Numbered from the stretch's first letter, positions 34,533 through 44,948 are shown. The stretch: DNA of 64,000 nucleotides from an uncultured Chloroflexia bacterium (GCA_963766735.1 CAVYBU010000017.1:64001-128000), one strand, 5' to 3'. The notes: generated by a model from the letters alone, not told the origin. Program-made: numbers and translations.

Positions 34533-34673
34533 GTGGAGTTCCTCCTCCTCTCCCTGAGCCTGATGATCCTCGGTGTCTTTGCCGTCACCGCCGGCGAGTT
34601 GGGCGTTGATCCCCGCGACCTGAACGACAGCCCGCATCGGCCGCTCTACCCCATCGAGATGTCCCTGAGCTGA
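34533..34673 (+). CDS. 46-aa single-TM small protein (MEFLLLSLSLMILGVFAVTAGELGVDPRDLNDSPHRPLYPIEMSLS)
   Basis: Hand-translated, below the ORF-track cutoff; hydrophobic N-terminus then GVDPRD; GC3-rich codons. Confidence 0.6.
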   Translation: MEFLLLSLSLMILGVFAVTAGELGVDPRDLNDSPHRPLYPIEMSLS

Positions 34674-34814
34674 ACCCCCCAACGTCTGCGGGCGCCGAAC
34701 CCTCCCCCTCCTTCCGGCGCCCATCCTCCGACCCCCGGCTCACCCCCGGGGGTCGCTGGTTCTCCGGGCCCCTGAGCGGTCGGTCGTCGTCCCCGGCGTG
34801 GCGGCCGGAGGTGC

Positions 34815-36989
34815 TCACGCCGGGACGGTGCCCTCGGCGGCAGCGTGATCCCTGGTCACGGCCGCCACCTGGTGAAGCGAGACCCTGCGCGTCTCGCCGG
34901 GAGTCAGGGTGACGGGCCACGAGACCAGCAGCGCGCTGCCCTGATACACCCGCTCGAAGCCCGACTCGGAGTTGGAGACCGTCTCGATGGGGCTCCACCA
35001 GGCGTCTGCGACGGGCTCCGCCGTGGCCGTCACCTCGACGCCCACCCAGTCGTTGCCATATCTGAGGGTGGAGATCCCGGAGGCCTTCCCCGCTCCGTCG
35101 TGAGGCGACCGGCGACCCGCGACGTCGTACCACGCCGACGGGTTGCCGCCGCCACCCAGCAGCTGGAGCGAGAGCTCCAGGCCAAGCCGCGTCTCGACGG
35201 GCTCGGTGCCGCGGTGCTCGATCACCAGCTCCAGGCCGAGCTCCGGGTCCAGGCGGCCGCCGCCGAGGCGCGTCGTGCGCCTGACCACGAACGGCTGACC
35301 ATCGACCATTCCCTCGCGTGTCAGGGTGATCAACCCCGGCTCGAGGTGGCTCACCGTGAACTCGCCGTCGCGGAAATCGCCCAGCTCGATCTCGCGGGCG
35401 GCCGCGACCGCGTCGGGCGTGGTGCCCGGCGCCAGGAACCGGATGAGGCCGAGGCGGCGCTCGTGGTCGTCGTAGCGGAGCACGCCGGCGAGGCCCTCCT
35501 CCTTGACCGTCACGGCGTCGTGGATCGAGGCGGGCGCGTACATACCGGCCGCCGGCGCCCCCACCTCGGAACCCTCTGCCGCGGAGCCAACGGCCTCGCG
35601 GGCGCGCAGGGTCTCGTGATAGGCCTCGGGGCGGCGCCGGAGCACGGCCGCCAGGGCGTGGCGGGCGGCCCGGATGTCCCAGCTGCCCACGCCGCCACCC
35701 TCGGCTGGCTTGACCGTCACGACCTGCCCACGCTCCGAGAGGATCGCCTCGGGCCGTCCGTCCATGTCCAGGTCCAGCGTCTCGGCCGTCCGCGGCCACC
35801 CGGCCAGGCCGTCGGCGGCGTCCTCGGCGGCCACGAGGTGCTCGTACGTGGCCAGGCGCAGGTGCGAGATGTAGATACCGCCGAACAGCCCGTGCCAGTA
35901 GCAGTCGTTGGACTGGCCGCGGTGGAGATGGTCGACGGCTGCCGCCTTCGCCGCGCCCTGGGGCATCGCCGCCACCTTGCCCGACGCCCGCAGCATCTGC
36001 TTGTGGAGGTCGTTGACCTCGCGGTACTTCACCTGGAAGTTCCGCCAGAACCCGCCCCGCAGCCAGCGTGCCTCGGGCCGGTGCCCGGCCACGGCGTCGT
36101 GGAACAGGGGCCCGAAGACCGCCATCTCGTCCGGCGGCAGGGCCCACTCGCCCATCTCGGCGTAGGAAGAGGTCGGCAGATACACGCGACCGATCGGCGG
36201 CTGGGTCTCCAGCCACCGTGAGGGCGTGACGGTGGACAGCCAGCCCTCGTTGGCCTCGAGCTCCTCGAAGAAATGCTCGACCCAGCGTCCGGGCCCCCAG
36301 CAGTGCTCCCAGGTGGTGGGCCAGGCGCCGAACTTCTCGCCGTCGTCGCCCATCATCCCCACGCGATCGCCCGCCTCCGTGGCGTGGTCGCGGAGGTAGC
36401 CGATGACCTCCTCCACCGGCCTGAACGGGATCCGGTAGCGGAGGCCCTGCTCGGTGCCGAAGACCGTGAGCAGGTTGCCCTGGTCCTCTGTCGTGTAGGC
36501 GCCCCAGAGGTTCTCCTCGGGGATGGCCGCGGCACGGAAGTGCTGATCGTCGAGGATGGTCCAGCGATAGCCTGCGGCGGCGAGCGAGGTGGGCAGGTCG
36601 GGTTCCCAGACGCGCTCGGCCAGCCAGGCACCCTGCGGTCGGTGGCCGGTGATGCCCTCGATCGTCGAGCCCATGCGGCGCAGCTGGTCGATACGATCGT
36701 GCTCCGGGAGCGAGGCAAGGATCGGCTCGTAGAGGCCACCGCCAAGGAGCTCGACCTGCCGGCTGGCGACCAGCGCACCGAGCCGGACCAGGAATTCCGG
36801 ATGCTCAGCCGTCAGCCATTCGAGCAGGGGGCCCGTGTAGTGGAGCGAGAGGTGGACGCCGGGATGCCGCTCGAGCGCCTGCAGCATCGGCAGGTAGGCT
36901 CGGTCGTAGACCTCGGCAAACACCCATCCGAAGTTGCCGACTGGCTGGTGATTGTGAATGGCCAGGGCCAGCGAGATCCGGGGAGCCAA
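34815..36989 (-). CDS. GH57 4-alpha-glucanotransferase / alpha-amylase
   Basis: HNHQPVGNF, GAWLAERVWEP, DDGEKFG.WP, SSYAEM.EW, QSNDCYWHG.FGG.Y. Confidence 0.93.
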   Translation of the reverse strand: MAPRISLALAIHNHQPVGNFGWVFAEVYDRAYLPMLQALERHPGVHLSLHYTGPLLEWLTAEHPEFLVRLGALVASRQVELLGGGLYEPILASLPEHDRIDQLRRMGSTIEGITGHRPQGAWLAERVWEPDLPTSLAAAGYRWTILDDQHFRAAAIPEENLWGAYTTEDQGNLLTVFGTEQGLRYRIPFRPVEEVIGYLRDHATEAGDRVGMMGDDGEKFGAWPTTWEHCWGPGRWVEHFFEELEANEGWLSTVTPSRWLETQPPIGRVYLPTSSYAEMGEWALPPDEMAVFGPLFHDAVAGHRPEARWLRGGFWRNFQVKYREVNDLHKQMLRASGKVAAMPQGAAKAAAVDHLHRGQSNDCYWHGLFGGIYISHLRLATYEHLVAAEDAADGLAGWPRTAETLDLDMDGRPEAILSERGQVVTVKPAEGGGVGSWDIRAARHALAAVLRRRPEAYHETLRAREAVGSAAEGSEVGAPAAGMYAPASIHDAVTVKEEGLAGVLRYDDHERRLGLIRFLAPGTTPDAVAAAREIELGDFRDGEFTVSHLEPGLITLTREGMVDGQPFVVRRTTRLGGGRLDPELGLELVIEHRGTEPVETRLGLELSLQLLGGGGNPSAWYDVAGRRSPHDGAGKASGISTLRYGNDWVGVEVTATAEPVADAWWSPIETVSNSESGFERVYQGSALLVSWPVTLTPGETRRVSLHQVAAVTRDHAAAEGTVPA

Positions 36990-37045
36990 GGCTGCGGTCC
37001 TCTGGGTGGGGATGGCACATGGCGGGCGGTGGCCTGCCCGGGACC

Positions 37046-39235
37046 TCAGGTCGAGGCGGTGGGGCCCGGGGCATCCGGTGCCGCGCCCGAGGCTGGGAGA
37101 TAGAGCCGCTCGACGTACTCGTGGAGCATCCGGGTGGTCGAGAACCGCCAGATGGTGCTGGCGATCGAGTTCCGCATGAGCTGGAGGAAGCGCGTGGGCA
37201 GGCCCTCCTGGTCAAGGTCGTAGTAGGCCGGAATGAGCTCATCCTCGAGGATCCGGTACAGGTCCTGGGAGTCGGCCCAGTCCTGGGCGCTCTCGTCGGG
37301 GTTCGCGTCGCGTCCGCCGATGGCCCAGCCGTTGTCACCGGTCCAGCCCTCGTCCCACCAGCCGTCCAGCACGGACAGGTTGAGGACGCCGTTGGCGGCT
37401 GCCTTCATGCCCGACGTCCCGGAGGCTTCGAGCGGGCGTCGCGGGTTGTTGAGCCAGACATCCACGCCCCGCACGAGGAACCGGGCGATCCGGATGTCGT
37501 AGTCCTCCATGACGAACACCCGGCCGCGAAGCTCGGGGCTGCGCGATCGGCCGAAGATCTCCTGGATGACGCCCTGGCCAGGCCGGTCCGCGGGGTGGGC
37601 CTTGCCGGCGAAGATGATCTGCACGGGTCGGTCCGCGTCCCACACGATCCGGGCGAGCCGGTCCAGGTCCGAGAACAGGAGGGACGCTCGTTTGTAGGTG
37701 GCGAACCGCCGCGCAAAGCCGATGGTCAGGATCCCGGGGTCCAGGACCTCCTCGAGCTCCTCCAGCAGCCTCGGCGCCTCGCCGTGGCGGGCGAACTGGT
37801 TGCGCAGGCGACCGCGAGCGAAGATCGACAGCTCCTGCTTCTGGCGCTGATGGGCCGCCCAGAGGTCCAGGTCGGGCACCTGGTCGATGCGCTCCCAGAA
37901 CCGGCGCGACTCGGGCTGGTCATCCATGGTGTCGAGGTTGGCCTGCGTGTGGCGCTCCAGGACAGCACGCATCGGTTGGCCGACCCACGTCGGCGTGTGC
38001 ACGCCGTTGGTGAGCCCCAGGATCTCGTGCGGCATGACGCCCTGCCACGTTGCGTTGGCGGTGCGGCCGTGGAGCAGCGAGACGGCGTTGGCCCCCCTGG
38101 TCTGCCGGAGCGAGAACGCGGTCATGTCGAACTGGGACGCATTGCCGTCCACGCCCAGCCCCAGCTCCAGGACGTGGTCCAGGTCGATGCCTCCCGTGCC
38201 CGGCCGGCCATCGCCTTCGAACAGGGGGCCCGCCACCCGGCGGACGAGATCCGTGTCGAAGCGCTCGTTGCCGGCGGCGACCGGGGTGTGGATCGTGAAC
38301 ACGCTGCTGCTGCGGACCTCCGCCCAGGCGTCCTCCGTGGGCATGCCGCCGGCCACCAGCTCCCGCGTCCGCTCGGCCAGGAGGAAAGCGGAGTGACCTT
38401 CGTTGAGGTGCCAGACCGCTGGCGCCAGGTCCAGCGCGCGTAGCGCCCGGACGCCGCCCACGCCCAGGACCAGCTCCTGGTGGAGGCGCATCTCACGGCC
38501 GCGGACGTAGAGGATGTGGGTGATCGGGCGGTCCGAGTCGTCGTTGTCCGGCAGGTCCGTGTCCAGCAGCAGCACCGGCACGCGGCCGACCTGGGCCATC
38601 CAGACCGCAGCGTGGAGATCGCGGCCCGGCAGCTCCACCCGTACCGTGAGCGGGTCGCCCTGTCGGTCGAGCGCGCGCAGGATCGGCAGACGGCCGAGCT
38701 CGTAGTCCGGATAGGCATGCTCCTGGTGGCCGTCCGCATCGATCGTCTGGCGGAAGTACCCCTTGCGGTACATCAGCCCCACGCCGACGACCGGCATTGC
38801 CATGTCGGAGGCGGTCTTCATGTGGTCGCCCGCGAGGACGCCAAGACCCCCGGAGTAGATCCCCAGGGACTCGTGGAAGCCGTACTCGGCGCAGAAATAG
38901 GCGATAGGCCCGTCGAGGTCGCCCGCATGCCGGCGCTGGAACCAGTGGTCGCTGCCGTTGGACATGTAGGCGTCGAATTCCCGCAGGATCGACTCGTACT
39001 CCACCATGAACGCCGGGTTCTCGAGGAGCTGCCCCCAGGCGACCGGACCCGACAGCAGGGCGATCGGGTTGCGGTGGCGTGCCCAGGCTCCCGCGTCGAT
39101 GCGCGAGAACATGGTCCGTGCCCGCGGATGCCAGCACCACCACAGGTTGTACGCCAGACGGCGCAGTCCCTCCAGCTTGGGCGGCAGGCTGAAGGAGGCA
39201 CCCGGTGTGACCGGAACGTGGACGAGGGGTTCCAT
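37046..39235 (-). CDS. glgP: Alpha-glucan (glycogen/maltodextrin) phosphorylase
   Basis: LAYNLWW.W, YSGGLGVLAGDH.K, HLNEGH, FARRFATYKR, EASGTSGMKAA.NG. Confidence 0.96.
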   Translation of the reverse strand: MEPLVHVPVTPGASFSLPPKLEGLRRLAYNLWWCWHPRARTMFSRIDAGAWARHRNPIALLSGPVAWGQLLENPAFMVEYESILREFDAYMSNGSDHWFQRRHAGDLDGPIAYFCAEYGFHESLGIYSGGLGVLAGDHMKTASDMAMPVVGVGLMYRKGYFRQTIDADGHQEHAYPDYELGRLPILRALDRQGDPLTVRVELPGRDLHAAVWMAQVGRVPVLLLDTDLPDNDDSDRPITHILYVRGREMRLHQELVLGVGGVRALRALDLAPAVWHLNEGHSAFLLAERTRELVAGGMPTEDAWAEVRSSSVFTIHTPVAAGNERFDTDLVRRVAGPLFEGDGRPGTGGIDLDHVLELGLGVDGNASQFDMTAFSLRQTRGANAVSLLHGRTANATWQGVMPHEILGLTNGVHTPTWVGQPMRAVLERHTQANLDTMDDQPESRRFWERIDQVPDLDLWAAHQRQKQELSIFARGRLRNQFARHGEAPRLLEELEEVLDPGILTIGFARRFATYKRASLLFSDLDRLARIVWDADRPVQIIFAGKAHPADRPGQGVIQEIFGRSRSPELRGRVFVMEDYDIRIARFLVRGVDVWLNNPRRPLEASGTSGMKAAANGVLNLSVLDGWWDEGWTGDNGWAIGGRDANPDESAQDWADSQDLYRILEDELIPAYYDLDQEGLPTRFLQLMRNSIASTIWRFSTTRMLHEYVERLYLPASGAAPDAPGPTAST

Positions 39236-39361
39236 GAGCGGGACATGATAGCGGCATCTCTGCGGCCGGGAGCCGGTCTGGGCGCGCGGCCCGGCCAGGC
39301 ATGCCGCCTGCGGCCGCTGGACCTCCCGGCGGCGCCACTCCCGGCAGTACCCTTCGCCTGG

Positions 39362-40831
39362 ATGGCCATCCGAGTCGCGCTGCTCGCCGCGGAATGCGAG
39401 CCCTGGGCCAAGGTCGGTGGCCTGGCGGACGTCGTGGACGCGCTGGCGCGGGCGCTCGGCCGGTTGCCCGAGGCCGGGGCTGGGCTGCAGGCACCGGTGG
39501 ACGTGTTCCTGCCGCGCTACCGGTCGGTCCCGGTCCCGCCCGAGGCCGTCAGCGAGCCTCCCCTGGTTGTCCTCGATCCGAGGTCCGCGCGCCCCCTCCG
39601 GGCTGGCGTTGTGAACGTGATCGCGGACGGCTACCGGCTCCGGCTGGTGGATGTGCCCGCGGCCTTCGACCGTGGGACGATCTACGACCACCCGGACGAC
39701 GCCTGGCGGTTCGCCGTCTTCTGCCGCGTGGCGCTCGCTGCCCTCCGCCGAGACGGAACCCCCCTGGATGTGCTCCACGTCCACGACTGGCACACGGGTC
39801 CGGCGCTTCTTGATCGGGCCCGTGGGGAGGCGGCTGGCGACCCGTTCATGTCTGGCATGGCGGTGCTGGTCACGCTGCACAACCTGGCCTACCACGGCAA
39901 GGTGCGCGCCGCCGACATGGGCATGATCGGGCTGGCGCCCGGGGACCGGCTGGCCGGCTCGGACCCGGATCGCGTGGACCTGCTGCGTACCGCCATCGAG
40001 CGAGCGGACCTCGCGAACACGGTCTCGCCGGGCTTTGCCCGGGAGGCGCTGACCCCCGCGTTCGGGAGCGGCCTCGACGCAACGCTGCGCGCGATGGGCG
40101 ACCGGTTCTTCGGCATCCTCAACGACATCGACCCGGACGTCTGGAACCCGGCGACCGACGCCGCCCTTGCCGCGCCCTACGATGCCGCGAAGCCGTCCGG
40201 CAAGGTCGTCTGCCGCGCGGATCTGCTGGCGCGGGTCGGGTTTGACCCGGCCGATGACGGCGCCGTGCTGGGCATGATCGGGCGTCTGGATCCCCAGAAG
40301 GGTTTCGACCTCCTTGGCGATGGAGCACGGGATCTCCTCGCGGCCGGAGCCCGGATCATCGTCCAGGGCACCGGCCACGCGGCGCTGGCGGATCCATTCC
40401 GGGCGCTTGCCGCCGCCGATCCGGGTCGCGTTGCGCTCATCGAACGGTTCGACCGCGACATGGCCCGCCGTATCTATGCGGGCTCGGACCTGTTCCTGAT
40501 GCCGTCACGGTTCGAGCCGTGCGGCCAGGGGCAGATGATCGCGCTGCGGTACGGCACGCCGCCGGTGGTCCGTCGGACGGGCGGCCTCGCCGACAGCGTG
40601 GTGGACGTCGATGAGCGTCCCGGGGAGGGCACCGGGTTCATGTTCGACGAGGCCACGCCGGCGGCGCTGGTGGCAGCGGTCCTCCGGGCGAGCCGGCTGC
40701 GGGCGGCCGATCCTGCCGGCTGGGCCGACCTCCGAAGGCGGGGAATGGGCGTGGACTTCAACTGGGTTACAGGGTCCGCGCCTGCGTATCTCGAGGCCTA
40801 CCAGCGGGCGATCGAGATCCACCGCGGGTAG
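39362..40831 (+). CDS. glgA: Glycogen synthase (GT5)
   Basis: KVGGLADV, HDWHTG, HNLAYHG, NTVSP, RLDPQKG, PSRFEPCG.GQ. Confidence 0.92.
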   Translation: MAIRVALLAAECEPWAKVGGLADVVDALARALGRLPEAGAGLQAPVDVFLPRYRSVPVPPEAVSEPPLVVLDPRSARPLRAGVVNVIADGYRLRLVDVPAAFDRGTIYDHPDDAWRFAVFCRVALAALRRDGTPLDVLHVHDWHTGPALLDRARGEAAGDPFMSGMAVLVTLHNLAYHGKVRAADMGMIGLAPGDRLAGSDPDRVDLLRTAIERADLANTVSPGFAREALTPAFGSGLDATLRAMGDRFFGILNDIDPDVWNPATDAALAAPYDAAKPSGKVVCRADLLARVGFDPADDGAVLGMIGRLDPQKGFDLLGDGARDLLAAGARIIVQGTGHAALADPFRALAAADPGRVALIERFDRDMARRIYAGSDLFLMPSRFEPCGQGQMIALRYGTPPVVRRTGGLADSVVDVDERPGEGTGFMFDEATPAALVAAVLRASRLRAADPAGWADLRRRGMGVDFNWVTGSAPAYLEAYQRAIEIHRG

Positions 40832-40956
40832 GCAGCGCGAGAGGCACGGACGGCCTTGACCCGGCGCCCTCGACCCGATGGCCACCCGCGTGCGAGAATC
40901 GCCATTGCATTCCCGATCCCACCGCGGCCAGTCCAGCCGCCGCCCCGGAGGCCCCG

Positions 40957-41343
40957 ATGTCCAGGCAGTTCGTCGTCCAGGTCAGCAACCAGCCCGGCCA
41001 GATGGCCCGCCTCGCCGAGGAGATGGCGGCGGCCGGCGTCGACCTGCGCGCCATCGGCGGCGGTGGCCTGGGTGAGGTCGGCCACTTCATCATGACCACC
41101 GCGGATGACGATGGTGCCCGCGCGGTCCTCCAGGGGGGCGGCTGGACCTTCGTCGAGGGCGAGTCGCTCCTCGCCGAGGTGGACGATCGCCCGGGTGGCA
41201 TGGCCAGGATCGCCCGCGAGCTGGCGGACGCGGAGGTCAACGTCCTGGGCCACCTGTTCATCGGCCGCTGGAGCGACCGGGCCACGTTCGCGTTCATCGT
41301 GGACGACCCGGACAAGGCTCGCCCGATCCTCGAGCGCCGCTGA
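40957..41343 (+). CDS. Tandem ACT domain protein
   Basis: NQPGQMARLAE..AAAGVDL; DDRPGGMARIARELADAEVNV; GGAGG RBS. Confidence 0.85.
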   Translation: MSRQFVVQVSNQPGQMARLAEEMAAAGVDLRAIGGGGLGEVGHFIMTTADDDGARAVLQGGGWTFVEGESLLAEVDDRPGGMARIARELADAEVNVLGHLFIGRWSDRATFAFIVDDPDKARPILERR

Positions 41344-41349
41344 CCCCCG

Positions 41350-42240
41350 GTGAGAGTCGGGATCGTCCTCCCCCAGGGGTGGACGGGGGAGTACGACGGC
41401 TGGGATGCCGCCCGCGCCTGGGCGCGCACGGTCACGCTTGCGCACGAGACCGAGACGCTTGGATTCGACTCGGTCTGGCTGTTCGATCATTTCCAGACGG
41501 AGCCCGTCCCCACCGACGAGACGACGTTCGAGGCATTCGTTGCGATCTCCGCGCTGGCCGCCGAAACTGCCAGGGTCCGACTGGGCCACCTGGTCCTGTG
41601 CGCGGGCTACCGCAACCCGGCGCTGGTTGCCAAGATGATCTCGACCCTGGACGTGGTTTCCGGCGGCCGCGCAGAGCTCGGGCTGGGCGCGGGCTGGAAG
41701 GAGGACGAGTTCCTCGCCTATGGCTGGGGCTTCCCTCCGCTGCGGACCAGGATGGAGTCGCTCGAGGATGCCCTCGAGATCGCAACCCGCATGCTCCGGC
41801 CGGGCCGGGCGACATACTCCGGGCCGACGGCTTCCGTGCGTGACGCGATCAACGTCCCACGGGGTCTGCAGGAACCGCGCATCCCGATCCTGGTCGGCGG
41901 CAACGGACCCAACCGGACCTGGCGCCTGGCCGCCCGATTCGCGGACGAGCTCAACCTGGACTGGCTCTCACCGGAGGAGGTGATCGAGGCGCGGCCGGTC
42001 ATCGACTCGCGGTGTGTGGAGGTTGGGCGGGATCCGTCCACGCTTCGACTGTCGGTGAACATCGGGCGGACCGAAGCGGCGGTGGAGGGGGAGGCGCGCG
42101 TGGACCTGCTCCGACGCTACGCGGACGCTGGCGTGGACCGCGTGATGACGATGATCCGGGCCGCAGCCGACGACGACGGCGCGCTGGAGCGCTTCGCCGA
42201 GGACTGTCGGGCGGCCGGCTGCGAGCTCGACGGAGCCTGA
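41350..42240 (+). CDS. LLM-class probable F420-dependent oxidoreductase
   Basis: PQGW, WLFDH, YRNPALVAKM.STLDVVSGGR.ELGLGAGW. Confidence 0.9.
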   Translation: MRVGIVLPQGWTGEYDGWDAARAWARTVTLAHETETLGFDSVWLFDHFQTEPVPTDETTFEAFVAISALAAETARVRLGHLVLCAGYRNPALVAKMISTLDVVSGGRAELGLGAGWKEDEFLAYGWGFPPLRTRMESLEDALEIATRMLRPGRATYSGPTASVRDAINVPRGLQEPRIPILVGGNGPNRTWRLAARFADELNLDWLSPEEVIEARPVIDSRCVEVGRDPSTLRLSVNIGRTEAAVEGEARVDLLRRYADAGVDRVMTMIRAAADDDGALERFAEDCRAAGCELDGA

Positions 42241-42723
42241 GCAGAGCAGGCGCACGGGGGGAACACGCCGGCCGCTCTCGGACGACTGCGCAATGGCTGG
42301 CACCTGTCCGCCAACCCGCAGCACGCCCACCGATGCGCGGCCCCAGGCCGGTTCACCCACGGCGAATTCACGGCGCGGACGATCGCCTACAACGTGGATG
42401 CAGCGAACCGCCACGAAGATCGAGTCGCCGGTCCTTCCCTGTTGCCCATACCTTTCGAACGTCGAGACGATCGACGCCTCGGATGAGAGGGCATTGGTCG
42501 GGTTCGACGTCGGACCGGTCTCGGATGCCGCGGTCGGCGGTCACGCAGGCAAGACATTCCGTCTCACCAACCGAGCTTCGACCCGGTCGTCCAGTCGATC
42601 GTCTTCGAGACGTCGTCGCTCCCCGGGCGTGCGGCGCAGATGGTGCTCCGTGCGTGCCGGGGCACGCCACCCGCCGGAGCGGCCCGGACCTCGGGGCGCT
42701 TGCGCGTGGTACGTTTTGGACAC

Positions 42724-42799
42724 GCGGGAGTAGCTCAGTTGGCAGAGCGGCAGCCTTCCAAGCTGCATGTCGCGGGTTCGAACCCCGTCTCCCGCTCCA
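42724..42799 (+). tRNA. tRNA-Gly(TCC)
   Basis: Full cloverleaf: GCGGGAG/CTCCCGC acceptor, GCTC/GAGC D stem, GCAGC-CTTCCAA-GCTGC, GTTCGAAC, encoded CCA. Confidence 0.97.
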
Positions 42800-42872
42800 C
42801 TTTCCCGTTCGCGCTTGAGCGACGCGATGCCTGGTGGCGGCACGCCCTCATCGACCGCGCTCGGTGCGCCGC

Positions 42873-43628
42873 TCACTCCCAGCGGAAGAACCGCGCCGAG
42901 ATCACGCCACACACGACCAGGATGCCGGTCAGGACTGCGGCCTCCAGCCACAGGTCGGACCAGGGCTCCCCGACCCAGAGTCCACGCATGAGCCTGACGA
43001 CGTAGGTGAGCGGCAGGAGGTCGGCAATCCCCTGGACCGTCGGCGGGAGCAGCTCGTACGGGATCGTCGCCCCGCTCAGGAACATCATCGGGTAGGCGAC
43101 AACCATCCCGACCGTCTGGGCAACCCGCGCCGAGGGGGCGAAGCTCGCGATCACGAACCCGATCGCGAGGAACGCTAGGGTGCTCAGGGTGAAGCCGGCC
43201 AGAACGCTCAGGATGTTGCCCTCGAACCGCACGTCGTAGGCGAGCTTCCCGACGATGACGAGGAGCACCATGCCCACCAGGGCCATGACCCAGTACGACG
43301 TCACGTCGGCGACGAGGTAGGTCATGGGGCGCAACGGGGTGACGCGGTATCGGCGCAGGATCCCGAGCTCGCGGTTGACCGATGTCTGGATCGGGAGGCC
43401 GATGAGACCCACGGTCACGATGATGATCCCGAGGTAGGCCGGGACCGTGACGTCCATGGAGCCGAGACCCCCGAAGACCTCGCTCGGCTCGTTGCCATAG
43501 ATGAGCCCGAACAGGACCAGCATGATCGGCGCAAAGAACATCGTGAAGAAGGTCGCGATGGGCTCGCGCACGTAGAGCTTCGCCTGCGTCCAGGTGAAGA
43601 TCGACAGTCCGCGGATCGACGTCGCCAT
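42873..43628 (-). CDS. ABC-2 type transporter permease
   Basis: RE.GILRRYRVTP, PMMFLSGA..P, LPLTY.V..MR, C-terminal FRWE. Confidence 0.92.
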   Translation of the reverse strand: MATSIRGLSIFTWTQAKLYVREPIATFFTMFFAPIMLVLFGLIYGNEPSEVFGGLGSMDVTVPAYLGIIIVTVGLIGLPIQTSVNRELGILRRYRVTPLRPMTYLVADVTSYWVMALVGMVLLVIVGKLAYDVRFEGNILSVLAGFTLSTLAFLAIGFVIASFAPSARVAQTVGMVVAYPMMFLSGATIPYELLPPTVQGIADLLPLTYVVRLMRGLWVGEPWSDLWLEAAVLTGILVVCGVISARFFRWE

Positions 43629-43635
43629 GGCGGCA

Positions 43636-44559
43636 TCAGCCCCGCATCTCTCGCCCGGTCAGAGCCAGGAAGACGTCCTCGAGGTTCGGCTGCTCCGTCT
43701 GGAGATCGTGGAACGAGACGTGCGCAGTCTCGAGAGCGCCAAGGATCTGCACCAGGACCCGATCCGACTGTCCGTACACGACGGCGTGCCCGCCCGACCA
43801 CTCGACGCGCCCCACCCCCGGGATGGCCCGCAGTGCTGCGAGGACCTCGTCAGCAACTCCGTCAGCACTGAAGGCGATCCGCTGCTCGGTGCCAAGTCCG
43901 CGAATCAGTGCCGCAGGGGTGTCGAGCGCGACGATCCGCCCAGCGTCGATGATCATGACGTGGTCGCACAGCCTCTCGGCCTCCTCCATGTAGTGCGTCG
44001 TCAGGAAGACCGTCTTTCCCTTGGCTCGTACGTCGCGCACCAGGTCCCAGGTCGCGTGGCGCGCCTGGGGATCGAGCCCGCTGGTGAGCTCGTCGAAGAA
44101 GATGAGCTGCGGATCGCCGACCAGCGCCAGTGCGATCGCGAGGCGCTGTTTCTGGCCACCGGAGAGGTTGGCGTAGGGCACGTTCTTCCTGTCCGCCAGG
44201 CCGAGCCCCTCGAGGATCGACTCGGGCTCGAGCGGCTGCGTGTAGAAGGATGCGAACAGGCGCATGGCCTCGCCCACCCGCAGCCTCGCCGGGAGGGCGC
44301 TCTCCTGGAGCTGCGCCCCGATTCGCTCCCTCAGGACTTTGCCTTCCAGGCGCGGGTCGAGTCCGAGGACGCGCACCCGGCCGCCGTCGGGCGATCGGAG
44401 CCCTTCGAGGCACTCGATGGTGGTGGTCTTGCCTGCCCCGTTCGGACCAACGACACCGAAGATCTCGCCGTCATCGACTCCGAACGAGATCCCGTCAACG
44501 GCGCGAACCGAGCCGTATGACTTCACGAGGGCCTCGACGGCGATGACCGGCTCTGTCAT
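43636..44559 (-). CDS. ABC-2 type transporter ATP-binding protein
   Basis: GPNGAGKTT, LSGGQKQR, DELTSGLDP, TTHYMEEAE, LEDVFL.LTG. Confidence 0.95.
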   Translation of the reverse strand: MTEPVIAVEALVKSYGSVRAVDGISFGVDDGEIFGVVGPNGAGKTTTIECLEGLRSPDGGRVRVLGLDPRLEGKVLRERIGAQLQESALPARLRVGEAMRLFASFYTQPLEPESILEGLGLADRKNVPYANLSGGQKQRLAIALALVGDPQLIFFDELTSGLDPQARHATWDLVRDVRAKGKTVFLTTHYMEEAERLCDHVMIIDAGRIVALDTPAALIRGLGTEQRIAFSADGVADEVLAALRAIPGVGRVEWSGGHAVVYGQSDRVLVQILGALETAHVSFHDLQTEQPNLEDVFLALTGREMRG

Positions 44560-44863
44560 GCGAAGGCGCCTCCCGCCACCCAATGCCGGCTCCCAGCTTC
44601 GCCGAACCTTCGTGCAGCGCCCTGGCGTCGCGCACCGAGCCGACCTGGACGTCACACCGATCGCGGACGACCCCTTGGTGGCGCAGCCGCGTTCGCCGCA
44701 TCACGACGAATCGTGAGCCGCCGGCGGTCGCGGCGTCAGAGGCATTGGTCGTGAACGTGACGTTGCCCTGCTGAAGCCCTCCCGACGACACGATCGCTCC
44801 ACACGCTGCGCTCGGGCCAGGGAGCACGCTGTGTGACGCACAGCCGTCCCCGCCCTCCAGGCC

Positions 44864-44897
44864 GCATGTCGCGCGTTCGGACCTCATCTCCCGCTCC
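44864..44897 (+). repeat. Degenerate copy of the tRNA-Gly 3' half (att-like)
   Basis: GCATGTCGCGcGTTCGgACCtCaTCTCCCGCTCC versus GCATGTCGCGGGTTCGAACCCCGTCTCCCGCTCC in the tRNA. Confidence 0.75.
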
Positions 44898-44948
44898 GAC
44901 GCCTCGTCCGTGATCAGCGTGCTTGGACGTTGCCCGTTTCGGCCGTAT

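Noticed and set aside
37046-40831. Apparent long N-terminal extensions and overlap of glgP and glgA
   Set aside because: Extensions are antisense to the partner gene; real starts are 39235 and 39362 with a short divergent promoter region
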